From positions 64,001 through 128,000 of IMG/VR virus record IMGVR_UViG_3300042908_000680: a DNA stretch of 64,000 bases; one strand, written 5' to 3'. The translations under genes were made by a program, and so were the position numbers. The DNA is from a virus. Positions 38,985 through 48,902 of the stretch are shown here, piece after piece. How positions within the stretch are numbered: the stretch's first letter is position 1; each line of letters opens with the position of its first letter. The notes under the pieces are model-generated. The model worked only from the letters and a program-made list of their open reading frames with translations. It was not told the DNA's origin and did not search any database.

Positions 38985-41900
38985 ATGGGACAATTTGGAA
39001 GACCGGGAATGCCAGTTGCTGTAAGTTATCATTCTTACATAGCTGAAGAAAAAACCCTCCAGAATATAGGACTAGCTTCATATACTAGAAATTCTTTAGC
39101 AAGATTTGGAAAAGAAAAAAAGAATGGAGCTGAAAGTACAAACAAAGATATACTTGAATATTTCGGTGGATCAATACCAACCGATAAACTCCTTGGAGAT
39201 AATGCAACTTTATCCATATTGAAATTTGATAAAGACAATAAAAGATATACATTGAGAACCTCTACTGGAGATGGTGAAGATAGTTTATGGTACACACCTA
39301 GTGGAAATGTTAGTAACTTAAAAAAGTTTCAAGAGGACTTTGACTTATGGCAAAAGGGGTTTATAACAAGCGATTCTGAAAAATATAAACTAAGTTACGT
39401 TTGGACCAACATACAAACTAGTTTTTCTGGTTGTATAACATTTACAGCTGATTATAATGTTTTGACATGTTCTAAAAGCGGTTTGATAAAAATATATTTT
39501 CAATCAGCCGGTAGAGCGACAGCAGATAGAGGCGTTGCACAACAGACATCAAATGTTTTAGCTGGGCCTCCAACTAGGGCAACTGGAGGAAAGTGGGCTT
39601 ACGCCCCAACTCAAAGCACTGGACCGGGACAATATACCCCAGTATTACCCGGTGGTAGCAATAATCCTCAAAATACAGTAGCCGGAAAAATGAGAATGAG
39701 CTACGACCCGTCAACTGGCCAGTGGGAATCTGGAACTCAGCAAATGTTGTTTAGATTATTAACAGATTTAGATGGAGTTCCAATAGCGGATTTACCAGAC
39801 GATGTTGATGAAAGGGACATAGATGATTTTTACTCTGGTGGATTAGCATCTACTTTCACAACTGGTAGTGGAATGGCTGTTAGTGTAGAAAATGGAAATC
39901 CTTATCTATTTGGACCAAATACCGTAGGATGTGCTTCATCTCCAAAAGAAAAAGTATTGATGGTAAATAGAACTCCTAGAAATTATGTCAAGGGAGAAAT
40001 CGTACTAGCAAGTCTTATTAATGGTGAGTGGATTCCTATGGGTTTTGGTATACCAACCACAGCATCCAAAAGACTAGAAGTAGAGTGGTCACAAATTCAA
40101 AAATACATTGTGAATGCAAACTCATTTTTTAGAGACATGGCAAACTCTAGATATATTACCCATCAAGATTATGAAAATTATTTAAGAACCAAGTTCTATC
40201 ATGGATTAAGTTCTGCTACTACTAAAAATGCCTCAGATAATGCTAAAATAAATATATTTGGTCTTGATAGCGGCATTATGGATCCACAAGGTAATATTAA
40301 CTTAGCTAGTTATAATATAAATAACTACGAAAATATTAATATGAAAGACCTTGTTCCTAGTACTGGATATTTAACATCTTTTGATGCAGATCTAATAAGA
40401 ACAACTTTGGGTGGTAACTCTGAAAGAGATTATCTATTTAGAACAAACATTAGCAAAACTCCCGCCGATGACTTAGATTCTAGTTTACCTTATTATGCCA
40501 ATACCCCTTTTAATTGGGGGTTATTCTTTAGAGAGGGGTATACTCGTTCTAGTGTTGCAAAGTTCAAATCCAATGATGGTAAATCTATTACTAGCTACGG
40601 AGCAGCATCAATTTATACTAGCGAAAAGATTAGCTTACAGGGTAAAGATTTACCAACACCAATGTTTGATATATCAGATAGTAATTTATATCATATGCCA
40701 GCTCAAATGGCATTAAGTTCTTCTGGAAATCCAACGATTGATTTTACTAGTATGTGGTCAGTTCATAGTCAAGTCGGTTCTAATTTTGTTTCTGCTCTAT
40801 ATAATTATGTAAGTAATTACAAAGCGGGTGGTAGCTATTTAAGAAATCCAGATAATATTGATGTTTATGCTTTAAAACCAGCAAGTTCAACATCTGTACA
40901 GTTTTCTCCACTACCACTAGAGTTAGCTTTGTCCGACTTACAACTCCCTAAAGATGGTATTAGTTATTTTCAAAATGGATATGCTTCTCTAAAAGCAGAA
41001 TTAGAGACTATATTTCAAAGTGTTTTTGGAATTGCGGATTATACAAGTGATAAATTATTATCTAAATTCTGGACAAGGAATAAATTATCTGCCAGAAAAG
41101 ATCTTGGTAGCAATGTATATAGCAGAATTGGCTTGTCTAGCGACAAACTACTGAATGTAACAAATGGAAAAATAGAAACTCCACCATTCAATGAACCAAT
41201 AGGTGGACCAAATTTAATTCCTCCAGCAAATGGTGCGAAAGAAAAGTCTAATATAGCTGGAATTGTTGGTGCTAAAGCCACCTTTAATCTAGCTAATGGT
41301 GGAATAATTTCACTAGATACCAGTTCTTATTTTGGATTAAAAGCTTATCAAATGACCGTTGGTGGTGGGGGCGACTTTGCAACTACTATCATTGGCGGGA
41401 TAATAGCATTTGGCCAAGATTTAACTGGCAAGAGAACAGATCTATCTATTAAGCAGTGGGGTGCTAATCAAGATGGTGATCCAAAGTCATTAGGAACAAC
41501 GGCCTTATTTTGTAAAGTATATGATCATTGTCCCAATACAGTATTTGACGCTAGATATTTTTCACCAATACAATTGAATCCAAATAATGATACTGTTGAT
41601 TTTAAAGAACCTTCACTCGGCGTTGGATCAATAGTTAGTAAAACAACTAATATTACTATGGAAAATAACACTTGTAGAAGAGGAATGTTGTTAACGGGTG
41701 GAGATGGCTTTAGATATCTTAAAAAGACAATAGGTATAAATCCTGCCTCTTTTGAAGTTATAAAAGCTGGAGAAGATTATAGTGCTGGAAATACATTTAC
41801 TTTTGGTGGTGGTAAAAATCCAGCAGTAATAAAATTAACAAAAAACGGACCACTATCAACAAATATTGGTGACTATGAAATTATTTCTTATGGAGAATAT

Positions 41901-42263
41901 ACTGAATCCACGTTTAACGATGCTCTTATTGGAACTGCTAATAAGGGAGATGCGGAGAGCTTTGGAGTTGGCGGCAGCGTTAAAATTACAACAGGTAAAA
42001 TATATCAAACAATCAAAGAAGATAAGCTGGAATATTATGGAATGCATATGTTAACACCCCCTAGCAACAAGGGTGCTGGAGATGACGGCGGATATGTTCA
42101 TAGTGCTAAAAGTACTACAATCACCGTTAATAAAAACTCAACAGGAAAGTATGATATATTCTTCTTCTTTGTAAACGATATTCTTCATACTCTAACTGGG
42201 CCAGATTATGTGAGCAATTTATCGCTATCAAATTACGTAAATCTAGATATAAGTGCAAACTAA
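38985..42263 (+). CDS. Large virion structural protein (tail tip region)
   Basis: 1092-aa Gly/Ser/Thr-rich ORF in the structural operon. Confidence 0.5.
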   Translation: MGQFGRPGMPVAVSYHSYIAEEKTLQNIGLASYTRNSLARFGKEKKNGAESTNKDILEYFGGSIPTDKLLGDNATLSILKFDKDNKRYTLRTSTGDGEDSLWYTPSGNVSNLKKFQEDFDLWQKGFITSDSEKYKLSYVWTNIQTSFSGCITFTADYNVLTCSKSGLIKIYFQSAGRATADRGVAQQTSNVLAGPPTRATGGKWAYAPTQSTGPGQYTPVLPGGSNNPQNTVAGKMRMSYDPSTGQWESGTQQMLFRLLTDLDGVPIADLPDDVDERDIDDFYSGGLASTFTTGSGMAVSVENGNPYLFGPNTVGCASSPKEKVLMVNRTPRNYVKGEIVLASLINGEWIPMGFGIPTTASKRLEVEWSQIQKYIVNANSFFRDMANSRYITHQDYENYLRTKFYHGLSSATTKNASDNAKINIFGLDSGIMDPQGNINLASYNINNYENINMKDLVPSTGYLTSFDADLIRTTLGGNSERDYLFRTNISKTPADDLDSSLPYYANTPFNWGLFFREGYTRSSVAKFKSNDGKSITSYGAASIYTSEKISLQGKDLPTPMFDISDSNLYHMPAQMALSSSGNPTIDFTSMWSVHSQVGSNFVSALYNYVSNYKAGGSYLRNPDNIDVYALKPASSTSVQFSPLPLELALSDLQLPKDGISYFQNGYASLKAELETIFQSVFGIADYTSDKLLSKFWTRNKLSARKDLGSNVYSRIGLSSDKLLNVTNGKIETPPFNEPIGGPNLIPPANGAKEKSNIAGIVGAKATFNLANGGIISLDTSSYFGLKAYQMTVGGGGDFATTIIGGIIAFGQDLTGKRTDLSIKQWGANQDGDPKSLGTTALFCKVYDHCPNTVFDARYFSPIQLNPNNDTVDFKEPSLGVGSIVSKTTNITMENNTCRRGMLLTGGDGFRYLKKTIGINPASFEVIKAGEDYSAGNTFTFGGGKNPAVIKLTKNGPLSTNIGDYEIISYGEYTESTFNDALIGTANKGDAESFGVGGSVKITTGKIYQTIKEDKLEYYGMHMLTPPSNKGAGDDGGYVHSAKSTTITVNKNSTGKYDIFFFFVNDILHTLTGPDYVSNLSLSNYVNLDISAN

Positions 42264-42268
42264 TAAAA

Positions 42269-42286
42269 GTGTATAATACAGTATAA
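42269..42286 (+). promoter_or_regulatory. Putative phage late promoter motif GTGTATA
   Basis: Intergenic GTGTATAATACAGTATAA, 41 nt before ATG 42310. Confidence 0.5.
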
Positions 42287-42309
42287 CCCACAAATACAGG
42301 GAGATTTTT

Positions 42310-43038
42310 ATGGCTGAAATCAAATTCTATGCTAATGTTTTGGGTGATACAAATGCCACCCTAATAGAACACACTCTCGGATCGGGATTGGGTTTCTATG
42401 GTTCTGCATTCGGAGTTTCTGTACCGGTAGGCTCACAGCAAAGATCAACATACGTTACAGACGCCAATGGGGCATCTCAAGGTGTTCAGCTTAATAATAC
42501 CGCTATGGATACTAGTGGTACTATTCTTGCGAAAGGAACAGTAGCCATAAATGGTAGCACACCAATAGATTTAGATAAATTACCTAACTATTTATGTCCT
42601 CTAAATCTAAGATTTACTCACTCTACTCCAGTAAGAGTTCAGAACTGCAAGCTCCGCATATTTGATAGAAATGACATTTCTAAGCCAGCCAGTGGAGTTT
42701 CGACTTATGTTTATGAGGCTAGACACCCTTCTAATTCTCAGGTTGTAACTAGTTTAGGCTTTAGAGCAAGTAAAGATACTACAGCAAGTGCAGGATTTAA
42801 ATGGACTGAATTTGATCCCACTCTAGCTCAACTAGATTTACCATTAACAAACTCTCCCGGTATGAGTGGTTTAAATACAGATACCACAGATACAGATACG
42901 ACACTTGGATATGCTTCAAGAAGTGGTATATCTTTAACTTCAACCAGACACGATTGGTATGTTGCTCTTAGTTCTGAACCTCAGAGCATTGGCAGCAAGA
43001 CCAACTACGGGTTATATTTTACAGTAGAATATATATGA
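42310..43038 (+). CDS. Virion structural protein
   Basis: AGGGAG RBS; beta-rich 242-aa protein; last gene of the + arm. Confidence 0.5.
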   Translation: MAEIKFYANVLGDTNATLIEHTLGSGLGFYGSAFGVSVPVGSQQRSTYVTDANGASQGVQLNNTAMDTSGTILAKGTVAINGSTPIDLDKLPNYLCPLNLRFTHSTPVRVQNCKLRIFDRNDISKPASGVSTYVYEARHPSNSQVVTSLGFRASKDTTASAGFKWTEFDPTLAQLDLPLTNSPGMSGLNTDTTDTDTTLGYASRSGISLTSTRHDWYVALSSEPQSIGSKTNYGLYFTVEYI

Positions 43039-43061
43039 AAAAAGGGGCGGTTTCCCGCCCC
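43038..43061 (-). terminator. Rho-independent terminator between the convergent arms
   Basis: Minus strand GGGGCGG-GAAA-CCGCCCC-TTTTTT: 7-bp GC stem, GNRA loop and U tract. Confidence 0.85.
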
Positions 43062-43068
43062 CCAATCA

Positions 43069-43350
43069 TCAGTAATTCCAGCACCTATGTCTGTGTCTTA
43101 CGACCGGCATAGGTGTTGTTGTATAGTAAGGATATCCCCAATAAATTCTTTGATCAATAATTGGTTGAGGATAAACTACTATTGGCACAGGAACCGTAAC
43201 TATTAACTGCGGTGCTTGGTACACCATAGTTTGGATAACCACCGGTTGCTGAACAACAGGAACCGGTTGTGGTACAATGTAAACTGGATAATTAGCAAAT
43301 CCCTCATTTGATATCCCTATCAGCATAAATAGTATTGCTAAACATCTCAT
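43069..43350 (-). CDS. Small signal-peptide-bearing Pro/Val/Tyr-rich protein
   Basis: ATG 43350 forms an ATGA overlap with the upstream stop; MRCLAILFMLIGISNEGFA is signal-like. Confidence 0.55.
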   Translation of the reverse strand: MRCLAILFMLIGISNEGFANYPVYIVPQPVPVVQQPVVIQTMVYQAPQLIVTVPVPIVVYPQPIIDQRIYWGYPYYTTTPMPVVRHRHRCWNY

Positions 43351-43682
43351 TCTGCCTTCTCCGTCTTTGGATTCCACTTGACCCAACCGTTATCGGAAAG
43401 CCAGTTACCTTCATTGTCCTTACGCTTTGGAAATAGACCGCCACCCTTCTTATGGACACCGAATGATAGTCTAGCACCACACTTCATACAGCGAAGTTCA
43501 TAGTACTGGTTATCATCAACGGTACGAACCACAAATCGAATATCATCAGATCCACACTTGCCACATGTGGTTTCCTCAAATACTTCTTGGAATCTACTTA
43601 ATTCATTAAATAGATCCTTCTGTGATTCACCTTCTATTTCTGCCTGTAGTCTGCCATTCTTTGTTGTATATAGAATCTTCAT
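43347..43682 (-). CDS. Zinc-ribbon protein
   Basis: CGKC...CMKC pair. Confidence 0.65.
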   Translation of the reverse strand: MKILYTTKNGRLQAEIEGESQKDLFNELSRFQEVFEETTCGKCGSDDIRFVVRTVDDNQYYELRCMKCGARLSFGVHKKGGGLFPKRKDNEGNWLSDNGWVKWNPKTEKAE

Positions 43683-44434
43683 TTACGCCACTCCTGTTTA
43701 TAGCCTATAATATCTTGTGGAATTGAACTCTTATCACGCTGATAATCGTTTAGTGAATCAATAATTTCACTAGCGATCTTCTTAGAAACCTTCTTACCGC
43801 TATCAACACTAAAACGTGCAAATAGCTTTTCTCCATCAATATTGAGTTGCTTGCACTTTACATCAATAAAGTTGTATTGTGCATCACTCATTCTACTCTG
43901 ATCGTCATACTCACCCTCACTAGCATTCTTAGTATTAGAAATATCCCTGACGATCTTTGCTGTATCCTTCTTAGTTAATTCTTCGGCAGCAACACCCTTA
44001 ATCTTTAGTGCCTTACGCAAAGCTCTTGCTTCTGCTCTAGTGCTAGCAATAGCCACCGCAAAGGCACAGAACATATCATCAGTATTGCCCTCCCAAGAAT
44101 CTGCCACTTCTGCATATCTCATACCATTTGCAAATTCTACACTAAATATAACGGTTGCTCTACCGTGATGATCTTCTCTTTGAACTGGAAAGACCTGTGT
44201 TGGGCCACTAAACATAATTGGACCCAGCACAAGCTCTGCTACACGCCTCAAACCAGCAACCAGAGGATGACCATCAACCATCTCTGACTCAGTAAATAGA
44301 GTCATAGCATAATCGTGCCACTCTGGGGAAAGCATGGATGGAACATCTGACATTATAACGTCCTTAACTGATGTGTTTGTGTTACTAGGCGACGATAATA
44401 CTACTTCTTCAAAAATACTTTCAATATTGCTCAT
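43679..44434 (-). CDS. Possible ssDNA-annealing/recombination protein
   Basis: AIASTRAEARALRKAL...AEEL helix and C-terminal SDAQ..FI...ASEIIDSL motif, reminiscent of Rad52/Erf-type SSAPs. Confidence 0.4.
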   Translation of the reverse strand: MSNIESIFEEVVLSSPSNTNTSVKDVIMSDVPSMLSPEWHDYAMTLFTESEMVDGHPLVAGLRRVAELVLGPIMFSGPTQVFPVQREDHHGRATVIFSVEFANGMRYAEVADSWEGNTDDMFCAFAVAIASTRAEARALRKALKIKGVAAEELTKKDTAKIVRDISNTKNASEGEYDDQSRMSDAQYNFIDVKCKQLNIDGEKLFARFSVDSGKKVSKKIASEIIDSLNDYQRDKSSIPQDIIGYKQEWRK

Positions 44435-45198
44435 ATTTCAATCTCTATATACCTTTCTGATTTTGGAGGGAACGACTCCTTTATTTTACTCAAGCATTTC
44501 AAAATGTCAAGTCTCAACTTCTCCTTATCGGCTAAACAAACCGAGTCAGATAAGTTTTTTATTCTCAAAATAACCATCCCTTTGCTTAGGATAAGACCGC
44601 TCTTTTGAGTATCGGCTTTTATTTGCTTTTGAAGCTTCTCTTCTCCCCATATTGGCAAGAAGTGAGATGGGCCGTCTACTTCTATTATAGTCTTGATCGA
44701 TGGAACGTACATGTCAAGTTCCATGTCATGATTTTGGATAAGGTGCTTTTTATGATATTCAACACTATATCCCGCTTTAGTTATTTCTTCATATAAAAAC
44801 TTCTCTAATTTAGATCCTTCCTTGCCAGCAATTTGAATACTCTTAATAGCAGCACTCATCATCTTGTCCTTTTCAACGTCTGATAATTCTTCCCATCTTT
44901 TCTTAGATTGGGATACTCTTGACTCATATATCTCGTCAGACATATCATCCCAATACTTTTTAAGTCCAGAACTAATCTTGAGTTTTTCTTCTTTAGTTCT
45001 TATTTTCCCACTAGTAGGATGAGTAGCTGTGCCGCTCTCTATAGCGTTCTTTTGTGCTTCGCTCTTAGTTTTAAGATTAACACCACTTTTGATAAGAATA
45101 CGTCTTATACGATTGGGATAAGTATTTAACTCTTCCGCAATCTCATAAGTACTCTTATGCTGTTTGGTATACATTGTTATTATTTGATTTGTGTTCAT
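44431..45198 (-). CDS. Vsr/DUF559-like PD-(D/E)xK endonuclease with N-terminal HTH (possible homing endonuclease)
   Basis: SKLE...ELDMYVP...IIEVDGPSHF...D..K...GMVILRI; HTH and RTKEEKLKIS (NUMOD-like) N-terminus. Confidence 0.7.
   Translation of the reverse strand: MNTNQIITMYTKQHKSTYEIAEELNTYPNRIRRILIKSGVNLKTKSEAQKNAIESGTATHPTSGKIRTKEEKLKISSGLKKYWDDMSDEIYESRVSQSKKRWEELSDVEKDKMMSAAIKSIQIAGKEGSKLEKFLYEEITKAGYSVEYHKKHLIQNHDMELDMYVPSIKTIIEVDGPSHFLPIWGEEKLQKQIKADTQKSGLILSKGMVILRIKNLSDSVCLADKEKLRLDILKCLSKIKESFPPKSERYIEIEI
44483..44510 (-). promoter_or_regulatory. Sigma70-type promoter for the 44434 gene
   Basis: TTGACA-16 nt-TAAAAT, about 50 nt upstream of ATG 44434, inside the preceding ORF. Confidence 0.55.
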
Positions 45199-45643
45199 CT
45201 TTGCACTCCGATAATAGGTCTACGATATTTTCAAAATTTTCTGAGACTCCAACGGGCTTCTTGCCGGTTAGTCTATATATTTCTTTTTGGTCTTTTTCTG
45301 ATCTACAAATAATTTTTACTTCGTTTCTTGTAGACATTACCAAGTTTAATACATTCTTTTCTTGTTGCCACCCATGATAATAAAATATGTTGATATTGTT
45401 TACTATGTTCAAAGCGGTGTTTAAGGCATTTAAAGATGTAACTACCAGATTACCATTAAAACTCCACAAATCTGTAGAGTTGAACATCCCACACCTTGTA
45501 TTATTTGGATTAAAAGCGATGTCATCATAAAATATACTAATATCATGAACTAGTTTATTAGATATATTGTCATCTACTAATTTGCTTACACTATTGAGTT
45601 GTTCGGTGTCCATCAAGTTACTTATATATATTCCTAAATTCAT
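45155..45643 (-). CDS. Hypothetical protein of the glycan cluster
   Basis: 162-aa alpha/beta ORF coupled to its neighbours. Confidence 0.5.
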   Translation of the reverse strand: MNLGIYISNLMDTEQLNSVSKLVDDNISNKLVHDISIFYDDIAFNPNNTRCGMFNSTDLWSFNGNLVVTSLNALNTALNIVNNINIFYYHGWQQEKNVLNLVMSTRNEVKIICRSEKDQKEIYRLTGKKPVGVSENFENIVDLLSECKDEHKSNNNNVYQTA

Positions 45644-45644
45644 A

Positions 45645-46367
45645 TTATTTTCCCCAAGAACATGTTAGATTTGAAAAAATATTGTTTCCCATATAATAAT
45701 GTCGCTCAAATCCAGCAGATTGTAGGAATGGATTGAGAGTTGAACCTATGTCTAAATAAGTGTGTTCGTCGCAATATTTTGTTAATTCGTGACATAGTAT
45801 ATTACCAAAAGGACCACAACAAAACAAGAAAAGCACATTTTTTTCTGTTAGCTTAGATATCATTTCTTTAGCGGATGATATTGCGTCCCAATTATATGCC
45901 CAAGCATTATTCTCAACACGAAATACAACGTGTGGTCTAAATGGCAACCTCTCTATGTTAGCATTTTTATTACAAAATAATACTACTGGACGCTCCTTAT
46001 ATAGAGGCAATATATTGCTTACATAATAATTGTAATTACTATTTACCCACAAGTTAGCCCAAGTCAAATGATCATCATCTTGACCAGAAAAATCATACAT
46101 CTCATTAAATGTTTCAGTTCCCTGACAGCAAGGGCAGGATATTCCAACATAATAGTTGGGATGTTTATAATGAAATGAATCTATCAGTGCTTGTCTTTTG
46201 TTTTGATCTTCTGGATCGTCTGGATTAAACCAAAACTCACCATTGTTTATTGGTTTGTTTTGCATAACTGCCCATTCGCCATCAGCGTACTTTGAAAAGC
46301 TAAAGTTTTCTTCATTTAATAACTTTTCTCTAAAGAGCATTATATCCTGACGGAATATTTTTGTCAT
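45645..46367 (-). CDS. GT-D fold (DUF1792-like) glycosyltransferase
   Basis: FSFSKYADGE and LFCCGP...L..EL...YLDIGS match the S..R[FY]GDGE / GP / DIG signatures. Confidence 0.55.
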   Translation of the reverse strand: MTKIFRQDIMLFREKLLNEENFSFSKYADGEWAVMQNKPINNGEFWFNPDDPEDQNKRQALIDSFHYKHPNYYVGISCPCCQGTETFNEMYDFSGQDDDHLTWANLWVNSNYNYYVSNILPLYKERPVVLFCNKNANIERLPFRPHVVFRVENNAWAYNWDAISSAKEMISKLTEKNVLFLFCCGPFGNILCHELTKYCDEHTYLDIGSTLNPFLQSAGFERHYYMGNNIFSNLTCSWGK

Positions 46368-47359
46368 AATTTCTCCAATATCTCAAGTATCTTTTGACTA
46401 GACTTTCCATCTCCATAGGGACATCTACTATTTACCAATTCCATTGTTATGGTGCTGAAAATCTCAAATAGCATATCTGGAAATGGACATAACCATGAAA
46501 ATATATATTCCCCTTCAATTCGCTCCGTTGTTGTTCTACATACTATACATTTCTTTTTTAAGAATGAAGATTCCTCTTGTAACCCTCCGCTATCAGTTAT
46601 AACAAGTCCGCATCTAGACAAATAATTTTTACATTGTTCATGTGTTATTGGATCTATTACTTTGACATTTTTTAATATACTTTTATGTTTTTGTATTTCT
46701 GGATTAAGATGCATTGGGAAAACAAACTTAAGATTTGGATTATTAATTGCTAAGTCATTTATAGATTTAAACCATTTGTCCATTATTGGTAAGTTCTCTC
46801 GCCTGTGCATAGTAATAAAAACCAAATTGCTTATCGTCGGAACTACATCTAAAAGATTATCTAATACAGTGTTACCAATGACATAAGCTTTGCTATTATT
46901 ACTCATAACATGTCTTAAGTTTTCTTTAGACTGACTAGTTGGGCATAGGTGAATATCTGCCATAGCACCTATTGATATTCTATTAAATTCTTCTGGATAT
47001 GGATTTTCTTTGTCCCAGCTTCTAAGTCCAGCCTCTAGGTGTATGATCTTTAATTTTCTATGGAATGAGGCCAAAGCTAAAGCAAATGCTGATGTTGTGT
47101 CACCTTGAACCATAACGTGGGTTATCTTATCTGTATATTTATCAATTTCTGATAGAATACTAGTTACTATAGAATCTAATCTATTAGTTCCATTGCTAAT
47201 ATTTAAATATGAAACTTTATATTTTTTTACAGAATTATCTATCAAAGACCCGTGCTGCCCAGTGCATAGGATTTTAAATGGTATTTTCCCATTTATTTTT
47301 TCTATTACTGGCTTGATTTTTATCCACTCTGGACGAGTCCCAAATCCTATTAATATCAT
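46364..47359 (-). CDS. wecB: UDP-N-acetylglucosamine 2-epimerase (non-hydrolysing)
   Basis: GTRPE, TGQH, QGDT, HLEAGLRS, PEE.NR, GNTVLD, HRREN, TDSGGLQEE, R..TER and PYGDG motifs are all present. Confidence 0.92.
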   Translation of the reverse strand: MILIGFGTRPEWIKIKPVIEKINGKIPFKILCTGQHGSLIDNSVKKYKVSYLNISNGTNRLDSIVTSILSEIDKYTDKITHVMVQGDTTSAFALALASFHRKLKIIHLEAGLRSWDKENPYPEEFNRISIGAMADIHLCPTSQSKENLRHVMSNNSKAYVIGNTVLDNLLDVVPTISNLVFITMHRRENLPIMDKWFKSINDLAINNPNLKFVFPMHLNPEIQKHKSILKNVKVIDPITHEQCKNYLSRCGLVITDSGGLQEESSFLKKKCIVCRTTTERIEGEYIFSWLCPFPDMLFEIFSTITMELVNSRCPYGDGKSSQKILEILEKL

Positions 47360-48096
47360 TCTGAATCCTTTGCTAATTCATATCCCTGAGAAAGCATAAA
47401 GTTCCAATAACTATTTGCCTGCATATGACCAGACGATGTTCTTGAAGTAGCAACCATGTCTTCACCATATTTGCTAGGATTCGTGGATGCCCATAAGTTT
47501 GGATCTTCTTCTGGCTGTGGTGGTATGTAAGAGTATAGTCCTAATCTTTTTTGCAAAACGTAGGAAAAGTGCATATCCTCACCTCCAGAAATAAGTTGAA
47601 CATTTGGCATATCTAACCAATAAAATCTAAGCCAATCTTTTTCAAAGAACCATGAATGACCTATTATATCAACTCTTTTTATTTCTTTATTTCCCTTACC
47701 AACGCCTTCGTATTTACAACCGGGATAATTAGCATAATCGCTATCAGTAAATCTTACTCCTCGACCACCTATTAATCCATTAGTGGTCTGAGACACATTG
47801 AGACAATGTTCCACCCATTTCTTCCCCGGTATAGTATCATCATCAATCATACAAATATACTTAGTATTTGCATTCAAAGCAAAAGCAAATCTAGCCCATA
47901 CGCCAAGGTTCTCGTTACAAAAAGCAGTAGTGCATTGAGATAGAATTTCTGATGGAAATAGGTTGAATGTTTCCTCATTATAATTGCCCCAGAACATTAT
48001 TTGAATGTCTTTGTGAGTTTGATTCTTTATAGCATCATATTGCTCTCTCAAAGCCTGCGGTCTTCTATAACCGTTAAGTATGACTGTTACGCTCAT
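47356..48096 (-). CDS. Glycosyltransferase family 2 (GT-A)
   Basis: VTVILNGYRR, YICMIDDD (DxD) and GEDMHFS. Confidence 0.75.
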   Translation of the reverse strand: MSVTVILNGYRRPQALREQYDAIKNQTHKDIQIMFWGNYNEETFNLFPSEILSQCTTAFCNENLGVWARFAFALNANTKYICMIDDDTIPGKKWVEHCLNVSQTTNGLIGGRGVRFTDSDYANYPGCKYEGVGKGNKEIKRVDIIGHSWFFEKDWLRFYWLDMPNVQLISGGEDMHFSYVLQKRLGLYSYIPPQPEEDPNLWASTNPSKYGEDMVATSRTSSGHMQANSYWNFMLSQGYELAKDSE

Positions 48097-48902
48097 GATT
48101 TGTTTATTTCATCCTCCATCTTATTGGCTAAATCTGATAAAGATAGTTGTGATAACAGCGACTTTACCCTGTGCAAACATGTATGTTTATTTTTAACAGA
48201 GGATAGTAGTTTTTGCCCTTTAAATATATTATCTATCTTATCTAAGTCATTGGAGTCTTTTGTATCGAATATAACCTTTGTTCCACTATATATAGCATTA
48301 AAAGATAGCTGAGATCCAACATAAAGGCTATTTTTAAAAACTATCTCATCATAGTTATCAAAGATATTATTCAATAATGTAATGGGTAAAAACATATCGA
48401 CATATTGTGACACTTCTTGGTTTATAGTTGCATAGTGGTATGTTCCATCAAGATCTACAATTTCTTCTTGCTTATTGACAAAAATTAATTTATTAATAGA
48501 GTACTGCTTGGTGTCATTTTTTAGAAAGGTGTCGGCTCCCGATAAGATCCTAAAATACTTAGCATTATCTACCTTGATGTCATTAAAACCAAAGAAAATA
48601 GGTGTTATATTTTGTGATAATAGGGCAGAGCAAACGCCATTTATACTATCTAATTTAGTCCAATTTGTATTGATGACGGTCTGTACTTTCTTGTTATCAC
48701 TCAAGTAAGAAGCAATATCTTTGGTGATGTGAGCTAGGTGGGTTATAAAAATATCGGGGTTAACTGCATCAAAGTTGTCATATGCACTTTGATTATTGTT
48801 AAACATCTCAGAGCTTACACCCTCTAGCAAATTTAATCCACCATTGAAATAATAAGGCTCAGTATTCCAAGGGTTGCTGTAATTAGATATTAAAAATTTC
48901 AT
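48093..48902 (-). CDS. Divergent CgeB/YkvP-like glycosyltransferase homolog
   Basis: PDIFI N-domain, FNAIYSGTKVI and C-terminal HT..HR...LL. Confidence 0.4.
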   Translation of the reverse strand: MKFLISNYSNPWNTEPYYFNGGLNLLEGVSSEMFNNNQSAYDNFDAVNPDIFITHLAHITKDIASYLSDNKKVQTVINTNWTKLDSINGVCSALLSQNITPIFFGFNDIKVDNAKYFRILSGADTFLKNDTKQYSINKLIFVNKQEEIVDLDGTYHYATINQEVSQYVDMFLPITLLNNIFDNYDEIVFKNSLYVGSQLSFNAIYSGTKVIFDTKDSNDLDKIDNIFKGQKLLSSVKNKHTCLHRVKSLLSQLSLSDLANKMEDEINKS

